From the NCBI GenBank assembly GCA_030264375.1, contig JASCQW010000061.1, forward strand, positions 116,209,457-116,273,456: 64,000 nucleotides of DNA. Reading direction: 5' to 3'. Within the stretch, counting starts at the first letter, position 1; each line of letters begins with the position of its first letter. Made by a program: the position numbers and the translations under genes. Positions 37,531-49,013 of this stretch are shown here, in pieces. The stretch is from Carcharhinus longimanus. Its lineage: Eukaryota. The notes beneath the pieces are model-generated. The model ran no database searches and was not told the DNA's origin. It saw only the letters and a list, made by a program, of their open reading frames with translations.

Positions 37531-38809
37531 TAACTCAGCCACCTCCTCCAGCTCTGCAGCCCGCTGAGAACTCTGCACTTCTTCATTCTTTGCATCTCAT
37601 GTAATTTCCTCCAGTTCTGGAATTCTCTCCCTAACCCTCTCTGCCTCTCTATTTGCTGTAAGACCTCCTTCTTTGACCAAAGTTTTTGTCACCTGTTCTC
37701 ATGTGGCTCAGGGGAATTTTGTTTTCCGATAATATTCCTGTGAAGCACCCCGGGATGTTTTACTGCACTAAAGCTGCTACCTGAATGCACATTGTTGACT
37801 CCTCTCACAAGAAGCCTTTCATAGATTGGGACTTTTATTGGATTGTTTTGCTCTCCATTTGAACACATTCCATCATTATTATTCTGTAACGTTATCATGC
37901 CCCAGTTTCCTTTTTATTGCCGCATAATTTATTGAACATTTTTCCCATATTTTCTGACAAGTCATAATTACTGTTTTCATTTGGTTCTGATAATGAAAGA
38001 TAACAAAATATTCCTTGGTTCCACTTAATTGACTTTGCTAATCTAAAACAATATCACAAACCATTATGGAGAGTTATTGCCTCTGCAGTGTCTCAGTCAA
38101 GTGCTGATCTGAGCTTTTCATAAATGTAAGATTTATTGCTCTCATTAATACTCCATTTTGTTGCTTTTATTATATTTTTGCCTCGCACTCTAGATACCCT
38201 AATTAACACCTAATGAAGATCTTTACATCTCAATTTACAGTTATCAAAACAAGGGATTTCTGGACTGTAATCCATCATTGAAAGTAATGTCCATGTGAAC
38301 CTAGGGAAAGGCCGAGTGCACATTGAACTAGTAGGAGTGCAGCAAACATTCACTGCTTTACAAACAAGCAGAGGCCTTTCGTCCATCACATCAGCTGCAA
38401 AATCATTGAGCTATTGATACCACTGTACAAATTTTTGAATGGAATGTAATGACTTACAATAAGCACATGAAAACTGCTACAGAATCATTCTTTCATTTCC
38501 ACCATTACATGATTGATAATGAACTAATTTTATGCAAACACATTATGACAGAATAAAACTGATTTAATAATATTAATGCCTAAAGTAGTTCGTAACGCTC
38601 AATAACCATTTCAAGATAATTGATGAATGTGAGCACAATTCTGTCCAAGATTGAGATATCTCTTGTCTCAGGGTAAAATAAATGTCAGCAGCAGTCATCT
38701 TCAGTTGCAATACAACCAGGGGTGGTAATGAGCAGATCCATCAACCTGTGGTGTCATAGTGAGCTTGGCTTCCAAGAACCCTGACACTCAATCTGCCTTG
38801 TTTAAAGCC

Positions 38810-38945
38810 ATGATGTGGGTATGCCGGCGTTGGACTGGCGTAAACACAGTAAAAAGTCTGACAACACCAGGTTTTAGTCCAACCTATTTATTTGATAATA
38901 TTATCAAATAAATAGGTTGGACTAAAACCTGGTGTTGTCAGACTT
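38810..38945. mobile_element. Short Penelope-like insertion containing a 92-bp perfect palindrome, flanked by a 13-bp direct repeat
   Basis: 38854-38945 is its own reverse complement; cttgtttaaagcc occurs at 38797-38809 and 38943-38955; the family assignment is from recall. Confidence 0.65.
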
Positions 38946-39526
38946 GTTTAAAGCCCTCAGACGTAGAAGTGTGCTGCTCCACAAACCTTTAAATATTTCT
39001 TGTCAATATAACTTGATGTGAAACCATCCTTCTGGGGGAGGAAAAGAAACAATTGTATTAGACAGGGTAGAGTGTGTCTTACATCACCTTAGCTTGTTTG
39101 ACACACCAGAGTAGTGATTCTTCCCTTAATCTGTATATCTGCCAGGATTATATAATGAAGCAGGCAGAAATTTTACTGGAGACCCAGGAACTCAGTATTT
39201 TTATCTTCTGTTCCATTTAGTCACTATTTTTCATGTGTTGAATTTGTTGATGAAAGGTAGCCTACAAACCTTAAGTTACTGATTATTTGATGGAGATTAG
39301 CCACAGTTTGGTCTATTAAGGTGCTGCTATGTGGAATAGGAGCATTCTCTATTTCGTTTGCTAACAATTCTCAATATTCTCTTCAACCTCTCTGCTGCCC
39401 CATTACTGACAGGCTATTGGTCTGACACTCATTCCTCAATATGCCATAACTTCCTCCAGCTAAACAGTGGGCTAGACACTTTGGTTCCACTGCAACCTCC
39501 CTCTCCAGCAATCAAATTCATTTTTT

Positions 39527-40010
39527 CGATTTATTATTGTCACACGGATTGGTATACATTGGTATACATTGCTTCTTGCATGCTATACATACAAAGTGTA
39601 TCGTTCATAGAGAAGGAAATGACAGGGTGCAGAATGTAGTGTTACAGTCATAGCTAGGTTGTAGAGAAAGATCAAGTTAATGCGAGGTAGGTCCATTCAA
39701 TAGTCTGATGGCAGCAGGGAAGAAGCTGTTCTTGAGTCGGTTGGTAAGTGACCTCAGACTTCTTTATCTTTTTCCTGCAGAAGAAGGTGGAAGGGAGTAT
39801 GTCCAAGGTGTGTGAAGTCCTTAATTATGCTGGATGCTCTTCCAAGGCAATGGGAAGTGTAGACAGAGAGTGGGTGGGAGGCTGGTTTGCATGATGGATT
39901 GGGCTACATTCACGACTTTTTGTAGTTCCTTGCAGTCTTGGACAGAGCAGGAGCCATATAAAGCTGTGACACAATCAGAAAGAATGCTTTCTATGGTGCA
40001 TCTGTAAAAT
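39527..40010 (-). mobile_element. Rex1/Babar-like LINE 3' end
   Basis: gtctgatggcagcagggaagaagctgttcttgagtcgg and the tttattattgtcac terminus are typical of reverse-oriented Rex/Babar 3' ends (recalled). Confidence 0.65.
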
Positions 40011-40454
40011 GCCCCTTCGGTGGCTGTAGGCTAAGCCCTCTACATTTTGGAAGGCCCAAAGAGGCTTACAGGGAAGGTCAGGAATTAGTCATGCTATGAC
40101 CTGGCTTAATTTGCAGCCATTTCGCAACCAGATGGGTCATGATTTCTGACCCCAAAGTATTCTTGGACACTATTTTTAAAAATGGTCATGACTGTCCTGA
40201 AAAACATACAAAAAGTATTTCCCTAATTCTCAGAGAGGATGAATTCTCTCAGATTGCACTGCTGACTGCAGTTGGCTGAATTATCTTAAAGAATCATTGC
40301 GCAGTATTGAAAGATGGCGTTATGGCTTCTTGCACTCCAGATTTAGATGTTCTGGAAGTTGAGTGTGTTCTGAGAGGAAAAGGACAGAGACTTTTGTGCA
40401 GGAACACCTAAATTTAACTCATTCATTGGATAGTGTGAAAGGAATGATAATATT

Positions 40455-40680
40455 GCCCCTGTGCAGGGAGCATCACTGCTGGGGCCATCAGTTCTGCAAC
40501 CTTTGGTGCAGGGAACATCAATGCAAGGATCAGTGGTAGTGGAACCACCAGTGCGAAGACCAGTGGTGTGGGGAGCACCAGTATGGGAATACCAGTGCAG
40601 AGACAAGTGGTGAGGGAACCACCTTTGTGGGAATCATTGGCACAAAGACCAGTGGTGCCAGGACATTAGCAGTGGAACCA
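40455..40680. repeat. Degenerate minisatellite of (a)ccagtggtgc(a/g)gggac-like units
   Basis: Repeated accagtggtg / catcagtg units immediately upstream of the clathrin-box exon. Confidence 0.55.
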
Positions 40681-40817
40681 TGTTTTAACAAAATACTGCC
40701 ATTCTGGAACTTTCTTATCATTATTTTGAGTAGACATGCATGAGCAAAATGACGGCAGATGCTGAGGAGCCAAACGTAAAATGTGCTTTGACAATTTATC
40801 TTTTATCCATTTTACAG

Positions 40818-40928
40818 CCAGAACAACCTGGTGCTCAACCAGTGGAGTCACTACTTGACCTGGACTTTGATCCCTTCAAACCAGACCAGTCAACTCCAAT
40901 AACACAAAGTCAATCACCACATGCCCAG
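40818..40928 (+). CDS. AMPH: Amphiphysin CLAP exon (clathrin box + DPF): PEQPGAQPVESLLDLDFDPFKPDQSTPITQSQSPHAQ
   Basis: ttttatccattttaCAG acceptor, GT donor at 40929; 111 nt, phase 0-0; LLDLD clathrin box and DPF motif diagnostic of amphiphysins. Confidence 0.96.
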
Positions 40929-42489
40929 GTCTGTACCACAGAGTTTTCTGCTTATCTTATTAGATAAGTTCATCTTATTGGAGAGTTCATGAAGAACTAC
41001 CAATATTGCATTGAATGGGTTTTGAAGTGGGTGGGGGTGATAAGAGTTTTGGTCAGGAAGCCAAGAAGTCCACTTGATGCCTGGCTCCCAAAAGGGCAGT
41101 AAGTATTCTGGAGCTGGCCATGGGAGGGAGACTGCGGCTGTTTGTGGCAATGTGGTGAGGGAGTTAATGAAAAAAAATCCCAACATCCTTTGCATGTGTA
41201 AAATAGAGCCCTGTCCCCTTCTTCCAAGTGTCCTGCTCATGCTCAAAAGTGCAAGTTAAATGTGGAGCATGATGGGTAGGTAGCCAGATTTGAAGGCATT
41301 GCTGGCCTCCTCCAAACCCCTTCCTTGCACCCACCACCCCTCCCCACCATCACCACCACTAAATGTAGTTTCCTTCTCTGAAAGGTGACTTTGGAAAGGA
41401 AATGATACATGTACTTGGAAAGGAAAAACATAACGAGAGGGGTTATAGGGAAAAGGTGGTAGGGATAGGAACAACTGGATGGCTCCTTCTGTTCTATAAA
41501 GGATTTACCAGTGACATCCCAGGATAGCAAGTTTAGTTGGCAGCTATATCTATGTGGGTGGCTGGGTCTTTTTGCCAATTTTAGTCTATCTGTTTGACAG
41601 ACAGCTCTGTAGCCAGAGGTTTCTAAGCTTTTTTGTAAGAAGAATGGGCTCAGCTTCAAATTTGGTCCGAAGCCACGAGAGAGACTAAAATCGATCATTT
41701 CCTGTGCCTTGTGCAAAACACCTTAAAGTGACAGAATGCTGCTACCCATCAAAGGCGCATTGGAAAGATTTACATGTTGATAATCAACCTGTTGGTCATA
41801 TTATGAGCGCACTTCCTTTGACCATCAAATAGTAGACTCAAACCCTTGAGAATCTGGCTCAGAGATAGAAATGCTATCTCAACACCTCCATCAGAGACTA
41901 GATTATATAGCGTGGTGGTAATGCTTCACTATCACGTTAAAGTGAGTAATTCAAAAATTAATTTTACATTAAATCACAATGCAGGTGAAGCATTTGCTCA
42001 CTTGCCACTTTGAGGAGTACAGTCTAAACTATAATGACAGTTCTCTAAATAAACTCTGTATTGAGCAATGTACATTGACATATTTAATGTTCAATATATT
42101 TATTTGGCAACCTCTGCTTCTGTCTGATAAAATGGCTATTTACAATCTCATAGACACTGGAAGTTACGTGGCAGTGTGTGAATATTCCATACATGCAGTG
42201 GCAAAGATTCTCCATTCGATCTTTAGGACCTGATTTAATAATGGGCAGACAAAGTAATTAGGCTATTAATAGGGAATAAAAGGCCCACATGGGATTGATT
42301 TTTCATCTTAAACCAAGTAGTAGACTAGATTGGTCGACAGAACAGTAATTCATCAGTTGCTTCCTACTGACGAAGTTTCGAAATCATAGGCAAAATTTTA
42401 TTAATCAGACAATGGCCTGAAATCACCCAATAAAGCAAGTCACCAGCAGCAATTCCCCTTCAATTTTACAGGCCACACAACAGACTTGT

Positions 42490-43095
42490 GTGCAAAATTT
42501 TAGCTCATGGACTTAAGAAGGAAGGTGAGCACTGGATAAAAAACTGGTTGAATGACAGGAAACAAAGTAGTGATAAATAGTGACTTTTCAGATTGAAGCA
42601 ATGTTTGTAATACAGTTCCTCAGGAATCATTCACAAGAATGATTCCAGGGATAAAAAAAATTGTGGCTATGATTGGAGAGCCTGGGACTGTTTTATTTAG
42701 AGAAAAGAAGATTGAGAGGAGACTTTATTGAGGTAGTCAAGATGCTGAAGGGTATGGACAGAGCAGACAGTGAGAATTTATTCCTTCTCAGGAGTACATC
42801 AAGAACTGGAGGGCAAATATTCAAATTAATAGGCAAAAGGAGTAGAAATGATATGAGAAAAATTGTTTCCAGAGGGAGGTTAGAGTCTAGAACAAGCTAC
42901 CTGAGAGCATAGTTGTGGCAGGTTTGATGAAAGTATTCAAAATGGAATTGGATCACTATCGGAAAAGAAATAATGTGCAAATTTACAGGGATAAGATAGG
43001 GGAGTGGGATTAGGTAGAATTGTCTTTCAGTGAGCTAGTGCAGATTCGATAGGCCAAATGGTCTCCTGCAATGTAATGATTCTGTGATTCTATCA
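42490..43095 (+). mobile_element. CR1 LINE fragment
   Basis: ORF 42673..42912 LGLFYLEKRRLRGDFIEV; gattctgtgattct tail. Confidence 0.85.
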
Positions 43096-43739
43096 TTGGG
43101 TCAAAATCCTCCAGCTCCCTTCCGAACAGCATTGTGGGGGTTGGGCAATAACTGCTGGCCTGACCAGTGACGTCCACATCCCATGGAAGAAATTTTAAAA
43201 TGCCTGTCTAATAAGGCTCCTGGCTATTTCACTGACCCACATTAGCAGTAAATCCACCAACACCTTACCCTAAACCCTTAATAGCCTTGCCCTGTCCTAT
43301 CTCCGTAACTGCTTCTTAACCTGTAGTCTTCCTGACTCTGTGAGCTCTCCATCCCCTTGACATCTTTCTCAATCCATCTCCCTTCATCCCACTGTTGGTG
43401 GCCATGCCTTTTACCATTAAGTCTTAAGCTGTGGAATTTGCTCCCTAAATACCTCCACCTCTCTGTTCATCTTTAAGACCCTTCTGAAAAACCAGCTCTT
43501 TGATGAAGATTTTGGTTACCCTTCCTCTTGAGATCAGCTTTGATTACTTCTTCGCAAACCCATCTTGGGGCATTATTCATCAGTAGAGTGTGATACAAGT
43601 GAAGTTGTTATTGTATTCTAGAGGGACATTGATTTCACGCCAAAAATGGCAAATAACAATGCATTTGTCTGATAGCTGGAAAAACAGTCCTATTGATTTA
43701 ATGTAACAATGCTTCTATCCTTTTTTAATCCACATTCAG

Positions 43740-43763
43740 ACTCTGCCTTGGGATCTGTGGGAG
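43740..43763 (+). CDS. AMPH: Amphiphysin 24-nt microexon (clathrin W-box): TLPWDLWE
   Basis: CAG acceptor 43737-43739, GTAGGT donor 43764; PWDLW W-box. Confidence 0.95.
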
Positions 43764-44269
43764 GTAGGTATGCCTTACTTTCCATTTGAAATTGGCCTCG
43801 TTTTCAGAATTTCACACGGTCTTACTTGTTAGCTGTCTTTTAAAGACTCAACTGGTTATTCATTGCAAGACTGGACAGCAAGCATCATTTTACTCTTTGC
43901 GTTTAGCTAGATGCAAACGGTTGTCAGGTTGAGAAATGTAACAGTTCAGCGTAGCCAGTGAGCAAAAATGTGGAATTCCGTGGAACCTCTGATAACCAGG
44001 ACAGGCATTTAACACAGAGGATCAGTCAGCACATTCTATTTGGCTGCTGGAAGGCTGTAAACTAATGGGTTAATTCAAGAGGCTGCAATGACGTTGATAT
44101 ATTTTAAAAGTTGTTGTGGTTTAATATCTGTTCAACATGCCCTCAACTACGGCTTATCCTTTGATATAAGTCGGAAAATACACAACCAAAAACCACTCGG
44201 AAATAAACTGAGTTCCATTTTGAAAAGTAACAGTAGAAAAGCACGGCGTATTCAGGGGGTGGAGGGGGT

Positions 44270-45260
44270 CAGGGCAATTCTACCAACGAAATTCTAAGCG
44301 TTGAATTAAAAACTGGAGTAAATCACGCTGGTTTTTTTCCGGCGGGAGTTTCAAAAAGAGCCTCCCACACTCTGCACTGCAAAGTGCACTTGGGTAAATC
44401 ACTTCAGAAAGCAGTGGATGGGACCTGTTCCCACCGCAGAGGCCGGCATCATAACGCTCAGCGGGTCACTGCGCATGTGCCAATCTGTCAGTGCCAATAT
44501 TGGTGCATGTGCATTGGCCCATGTCTGCCGGTCTCCTAATTGCTGGCCAGCCTGAACATTGGCCAGCCCCACATCAGCGAACCTGTGACCACCCCTCCAC
44601 CCCCCCACCCCCCCAAACAGCCCGATTGCTGGCCCTCTGAATATCCCTTGACACCGCTGTCCCCAGCTCCCACAGCTCCGATCTCTGGATCACTGCCTCC
44701 CTCACTCTGTCACTCAATCCGAAGTGACAGCGGAACCACTCAACCTCACAGACTGGCCCTGCCCCAGTCACGCTGCCCTTTGGTACAGCCCCTTGCCTGA
44801 TGGGCAGTGGCAGTTTGCCTCTTGGGCAGTGCCAGGGGACCAGGCTGGCACTGCCAAGGTGGCAAAGCCTATCGCCTGGGAGGCCTAGATTGCCCCCCCC
44901 ACCCCCCCACCACTTCACTCCAGCATGGTTGGGCCCCAGCTACCTGCAAATGGAGAGGTATAGTAAATCTTGCTGGAGTGAAATACTCCTGGTGGGGGGT
45001 GGGAGAGAGGCTAGCAGGCCTGGAGACTTCAGTCCCGGGCATGCTAATGATATTTAAATCACATTTAAATTAGGGTCTGCATATATTATGCAGCTCCACA
45101 CCAATTTCCTGTGTGGAGCTGATGGCACCAGAAATCCAGTGTTGGGCAATGCATAGAGGCCATGGCAGCCAGTGGGGAACCCGCGAAATGGCCTCCTATT
45201 AGAGTCTCCCTGCCCCACTGCACTACAAAAGCAGCGCAGCGGGCTGTCAGAATATCCCCC
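44270..45260. mobile_element. Non-autonomous DNA element (MITE-like, possibly Harbinger-derived)
   Basis: Left arm aattctaagcgttgaattaaaaactggagtaaatc is shared with 55340-56105 and 570-654; possible CAG target duplication. Confidence 0.6.
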
Positions 45261-45445
45261 AGACTTTAGGAACCTGTCAAATTGCATTGCAATTGAATAA
45301 TTCTGCATTGCATTTAATATTGAAAATAGCTTGAACTGTGAGATATGACCACAGGGTGAGATAACTGTGAAAGAGCACAGTATATGGTAAGCTGCAGAAT
45401 AGACACTCGGTGCTTTTTTAATCACTCATTTTTGTTTATTTCAAG

Positions 45446-45469
45446 GCAAGCGCAGAACTGGTTCAGCCT
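45446..45469 (+). CDS. AMPH: Amphiphysin 24-nt microexon: ASAELVQP
   Basis: tttgtttatttcAAG acceptor, GTGAGT donor 45470; resembles recalled human TSTDLVQP. Confidence 0.9.
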
Positions 45470-45996
45470 GTGAGTAGTTCGCCTCATTTTCTCATCATGT
45501 AAAGTGTCCTAAAGATAAATTCTCTCTAATCTCTAAGCGCACTTTTTATAGGTTTCTCTCTTAAGGTGCAACTATTTTACACCAATTCAATTTTATGTTT
45601 TCATCTTTGCTGAGATTTACTTAGCTTTTGTTAAGGTAAATTTGTGTCTATTTACTGCATATGTTTTGTTTAATTTATTTCCAATTATGGGGAGAAGGGA
45701 GAATCTGCCATTAGGCGTCCCAGGATTGAAATGGGACTTAAGTGGGGCATTGACTGGGAAACTGTGAACCCATAGCATCTGCTTTTGTAACCTAAACTCC
45801 ATATAAACATTTGACCCCAGAATCCTGTGAGATATATTTGCCAGTATATAATTCTAGGATGTCTATCATATGTTTTTATATCATTTACATTAACTTATTT
45901 TATTGTGTGGAGAAATCTGTTTTTTCTTTGCTCTTTTATCTTCATCTCTGCTTCTATTATCTTTTATATCTGTCTTCACTCATTTTCTGTCTAAAG

Positions 45997-47652
45997 CCCG
46001 ACTCTTCACAAAGTCTCTTCTCTCTCTATAACCCGGCCTTGGAGGAGGAGAGCACAGATGCTGATGCACCAAGTGATGTTACTACAGCAACATCTGAAAT
46101 GGCGGCCAGCCTGAACTGTATGCAGCAGTGGGGATTAACCGATATTGGCCCGCTCACTAGCAGTACGGAAGAAGCTCTAGATGGTTCTCACGACGAAGCC
46201 CAGCCATGTGCTCAGGAACAAGAGACTGCAGAGAGCTGTACTGCCCGATCAGCTGATAGCATTGCGAACCCTGTGTATCAGGCTGAGGAAGAGGAACAGG
46301 GTTCAGACAATGCAATGAATTGGCAGGAGTATCCATTAGACGAACAGGTAGACACTGAAGCCATGGAGAGCAGGAGTTGGCAGTTAAATATGTGTGTGGA
46401 ACAAGAGCGTGACTCCGAATTTTGTATAGATCAGAAGGCATCCTTGGCTCCTAGTGTATCCCAGGACGGAGGCATAGAAATGAGTGAAGAGGAAAGTCTG
46501 AGCAAATTAGGACAGATAAGTAATGAAGATAATTTTGAACATTGTGATTCAGAATCACATCTGAAACAAGAGGTAGTAGAGAATGCAGGTAAGATTAATG
46601 AGACTGAAAGCCACACAGTTGAGGACCCTGGTGCTAGTGATGCAGAAATGGAAGAATTGAACTTGCAACAGCCCAGTGACATTCCCGGAAGCTATCAAAA
46701 TGATAACACAGCTGATCACTGTATAATAGATAGAATTCCACTTAACCACAAAAGTGATGACATTCCAGATAGCCAGGAGAATGAGGACTTTCCTATTATT
46801 TGTGACAATGAGGATACTTTGAGTAACCAGGAGATAGAGGGAGTTGTTTGCAGGTATGAAGAGGATCAAATCGCGGTCCTTCAGGATGACACAGTTGGTG
46901 TTAGCTGTTCCAGTACAGACAGAACTGGCCAGTGTCAGGGTGTAGAGAACCAGTTTGAACCAATTGACACAAAGAACAATGAAACAGATAACACACCAAA
47001 CACAGAAAAGGAAATTAGTCCAGCAGATGGAGCCTATACTGATATCCCAATTGTGAATCAAGCAGATATATTCCACAGAGATGTTGGTGATGACAATAGA
47101 TTTGATCCTGAAAGTCTGGAGTCGGATCCCTGGAACAGAGAAAAGCATGAGATATGGCCAGAAAACTGGGAACCAACTGTTAGCGGCAATAAGTGGGGTT
47201 TCTCTAGCCTGCCAGAAGGCCTGATTAATGGATTTGACCCTTGGCCACCATTTCAGGAAGATCAAGGGGAGTTTGGTTTCCCAAATGGAGATGGAAAAGC
47301 ATATTTTTGGGAAGGGTTTAATGAGAACAATACCGTTTGTCCTATACCAGATTCTGATGAATTTGGTGCCACGTGGGCTGGGAACATGATGAGTGGTTCT
47401 GGTCAGAATGAGGAAACACAATTACAACAGGACTCACTTGGGGACAATGAAATCACTAGTGAGGGAGGCCAAGCTAAAGAGATACATAGCTCCCAAATGC
47501 CCTATCCAATCGAGAACTTAAGCAACGCTAGCAACGAGAGTTCATCCAGCCCTAAAGATAATGAAACAAACTTCTCGGACCTTTCGGAGGATGAGATTGC
47601 TAATCGGAGATACGGACTGTTATACCAGGAGCTAGATGCTGAAAGAGAAGAG
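45997..47652 (+). CDS. AMPH: Amphiphysin giant acidic alternative exon (552 aa): PDSSQSLFSLYNPALEEE...YGLLYQELDAEREE
   Basis: Lies within the 642-aa ORF 45811..47739; long pyrimidine tract + AAG at 45994-45996, GAG|GTACCT donor at 47653; 1,656 nt, phase 0-0, in frame with both neighbouring exons; E/D/S-rich. Confidence 0.85.
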
Positions 47653-47910
47653 GTACCTTGTCAAGTGTTTAGTGTAGAAAAAAAGTTACTAGGTATGACT
47701 AAATACCATTGTAAAATATCAGCCTTAGCTTCATTATGATCCTTGATTCATTCCTTTCCTTCAATCGTCTGTTGTTCTATGTTATTCCTCCCGAAGGACA
47801 TGTCATAATAAATAGCCAAAGTAATACCTGTTGTGTGTGTTATGGTGGTTGGAGTGAAAAAAGTATGTGGTTTTAACCCAATATTTCACTTCTTTCTCCA
47901 TTGTTTCCAG

Positions 47911-47943
47911 ATGCCCAGTGCTGCTTTTAATGGATTCACACAG
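47911..47943 (+). CDS. AMPH: Amphiphysin 33-nt exon: MPSAAFNGFTQ
   Basis: ttgtttcCAG acceptor, CAG|GTAAGA donor; matches recalled human ASGGSFNGFTQ. Confidence 0.92.
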
Positions 47944-48719
47944 GTAAGACAATGCACCCCAGTCCCCTTTAGAAGATGGTTTCATGCGCAGTCAGCTCAG
48001 CTCTGCTGGTAGATGTTAATAAATAAAGTTTCCAAAGTGCAGCTTTGCCTGACTGAGCACCTGGACAGACAGCAGGCACAGGAAAAGTCTGCAGATTAGT
48101 AATACTCAGTGGGGAAAAGGGAGGACTCCAAACGGGGCTGGGCTGGCCCAATCTCGTCTAACATTCCCACTCGGAATGCAGGAGCCCTGAATTTGCCCTA
48201 AGATGTTGGGCACTTAACAACCTTTTCTTTAAAGTTTCTCCAGTCCCAGAAGAGAAAATTGGCAGCACTCTGTATATATGTTGGATTATATAGGCTGGAA
48301 TTTTACTGCCCTGCCCACCACGGGATTCGAAGTGGGCCAAGAGCAGACAATGGAGAAGTCCGTTGACCTAAGGTGGGATTTTATGGTTTCGGGACTAGCT
48401 AGGCCATAAAATCCCATCCATTCAGTCGCGTTTCCCAAACCTTTCCAGCCACGGAATCCTTTTGACCTCCCAAGAGTACTGTCAGAACTCCTAAGAAACN
48501 NNNNNNNNNACAAGAGGTAAACCATACAAAATCAAATTTATAAAATTATCTTCTACTTATATGTATAGATTTATTATAATTAAATAGTTCTCTTCAACAA
48601 ATACTTAAGTCTTAACTTTTTGTCATTTTTAACGGGAGGCATGCTGTTGATGTTTTGCTCAGATGTTGCTGAACAGTCTCAACAGACACACAGACTCACT
48701 CGCAAAAGAAGCAGCAAAA

Positions 48720-48892
48720 TGCACACACATGCTCTCACACACACTCTCACACACATACAAACCCTCTCTCACAGACATATACAAACACACATGATTACAT
48801 ATCTCTCTTTATTTCATACACAGACAAATACACACACTCCTACATACCTCCCCCTCTCTCTCACACACACACAGCTCTTTCTCTCTCACACA
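48720..48892. repeat. Compound (CA)n/(CT)n microsatellite
   Basis: Interrupted cacacaca/ctctctc runs. Confidence 0.85.
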
Positions 48893-49013
48893 ATGTGGGG
48901 GGGAGGTTTGAAGNNNNNNNNNNNNNNNNNNNNNNNNNNNNNNNNNNNNNNNNNNNNNNNNNNNNNNNNNNNNNNNNNNNNNNNNNNNNNNNNNNNNNNN
49001 NNNNNNNNNNNNN

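Noticed and set aside
42154-42162. Possible 9-nt microexon (ACACTGGAA)
   Set aside because: Weak pyrimidine tract and poor donor (GTTACG); cannot be supported from sequence alone.
42363-42390. Hammerhead-like core ccta-CTGACGA-agtttc-GAAA-tca-tagg
   Set aside because: No credible stem II or stem III and the cleavage triplet does not fit the register; probably chance.
45811-45996. N-terminal 62 codons of the 642-aa ORF, which look like a hydrophobic signal or transmembrane segment
   Set aside because: This is the T-rich polypyrimidine tract of the intron read in frame from a TTG; the acceptor is at 45996, so the ORF is an internal exon and not a stand-alone gene.
46555-47421. 288-aa antisense ORF
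   Set aside because: Shadow of the biased codon usage in the sense giant exon; no recognisable domain or splice signals.
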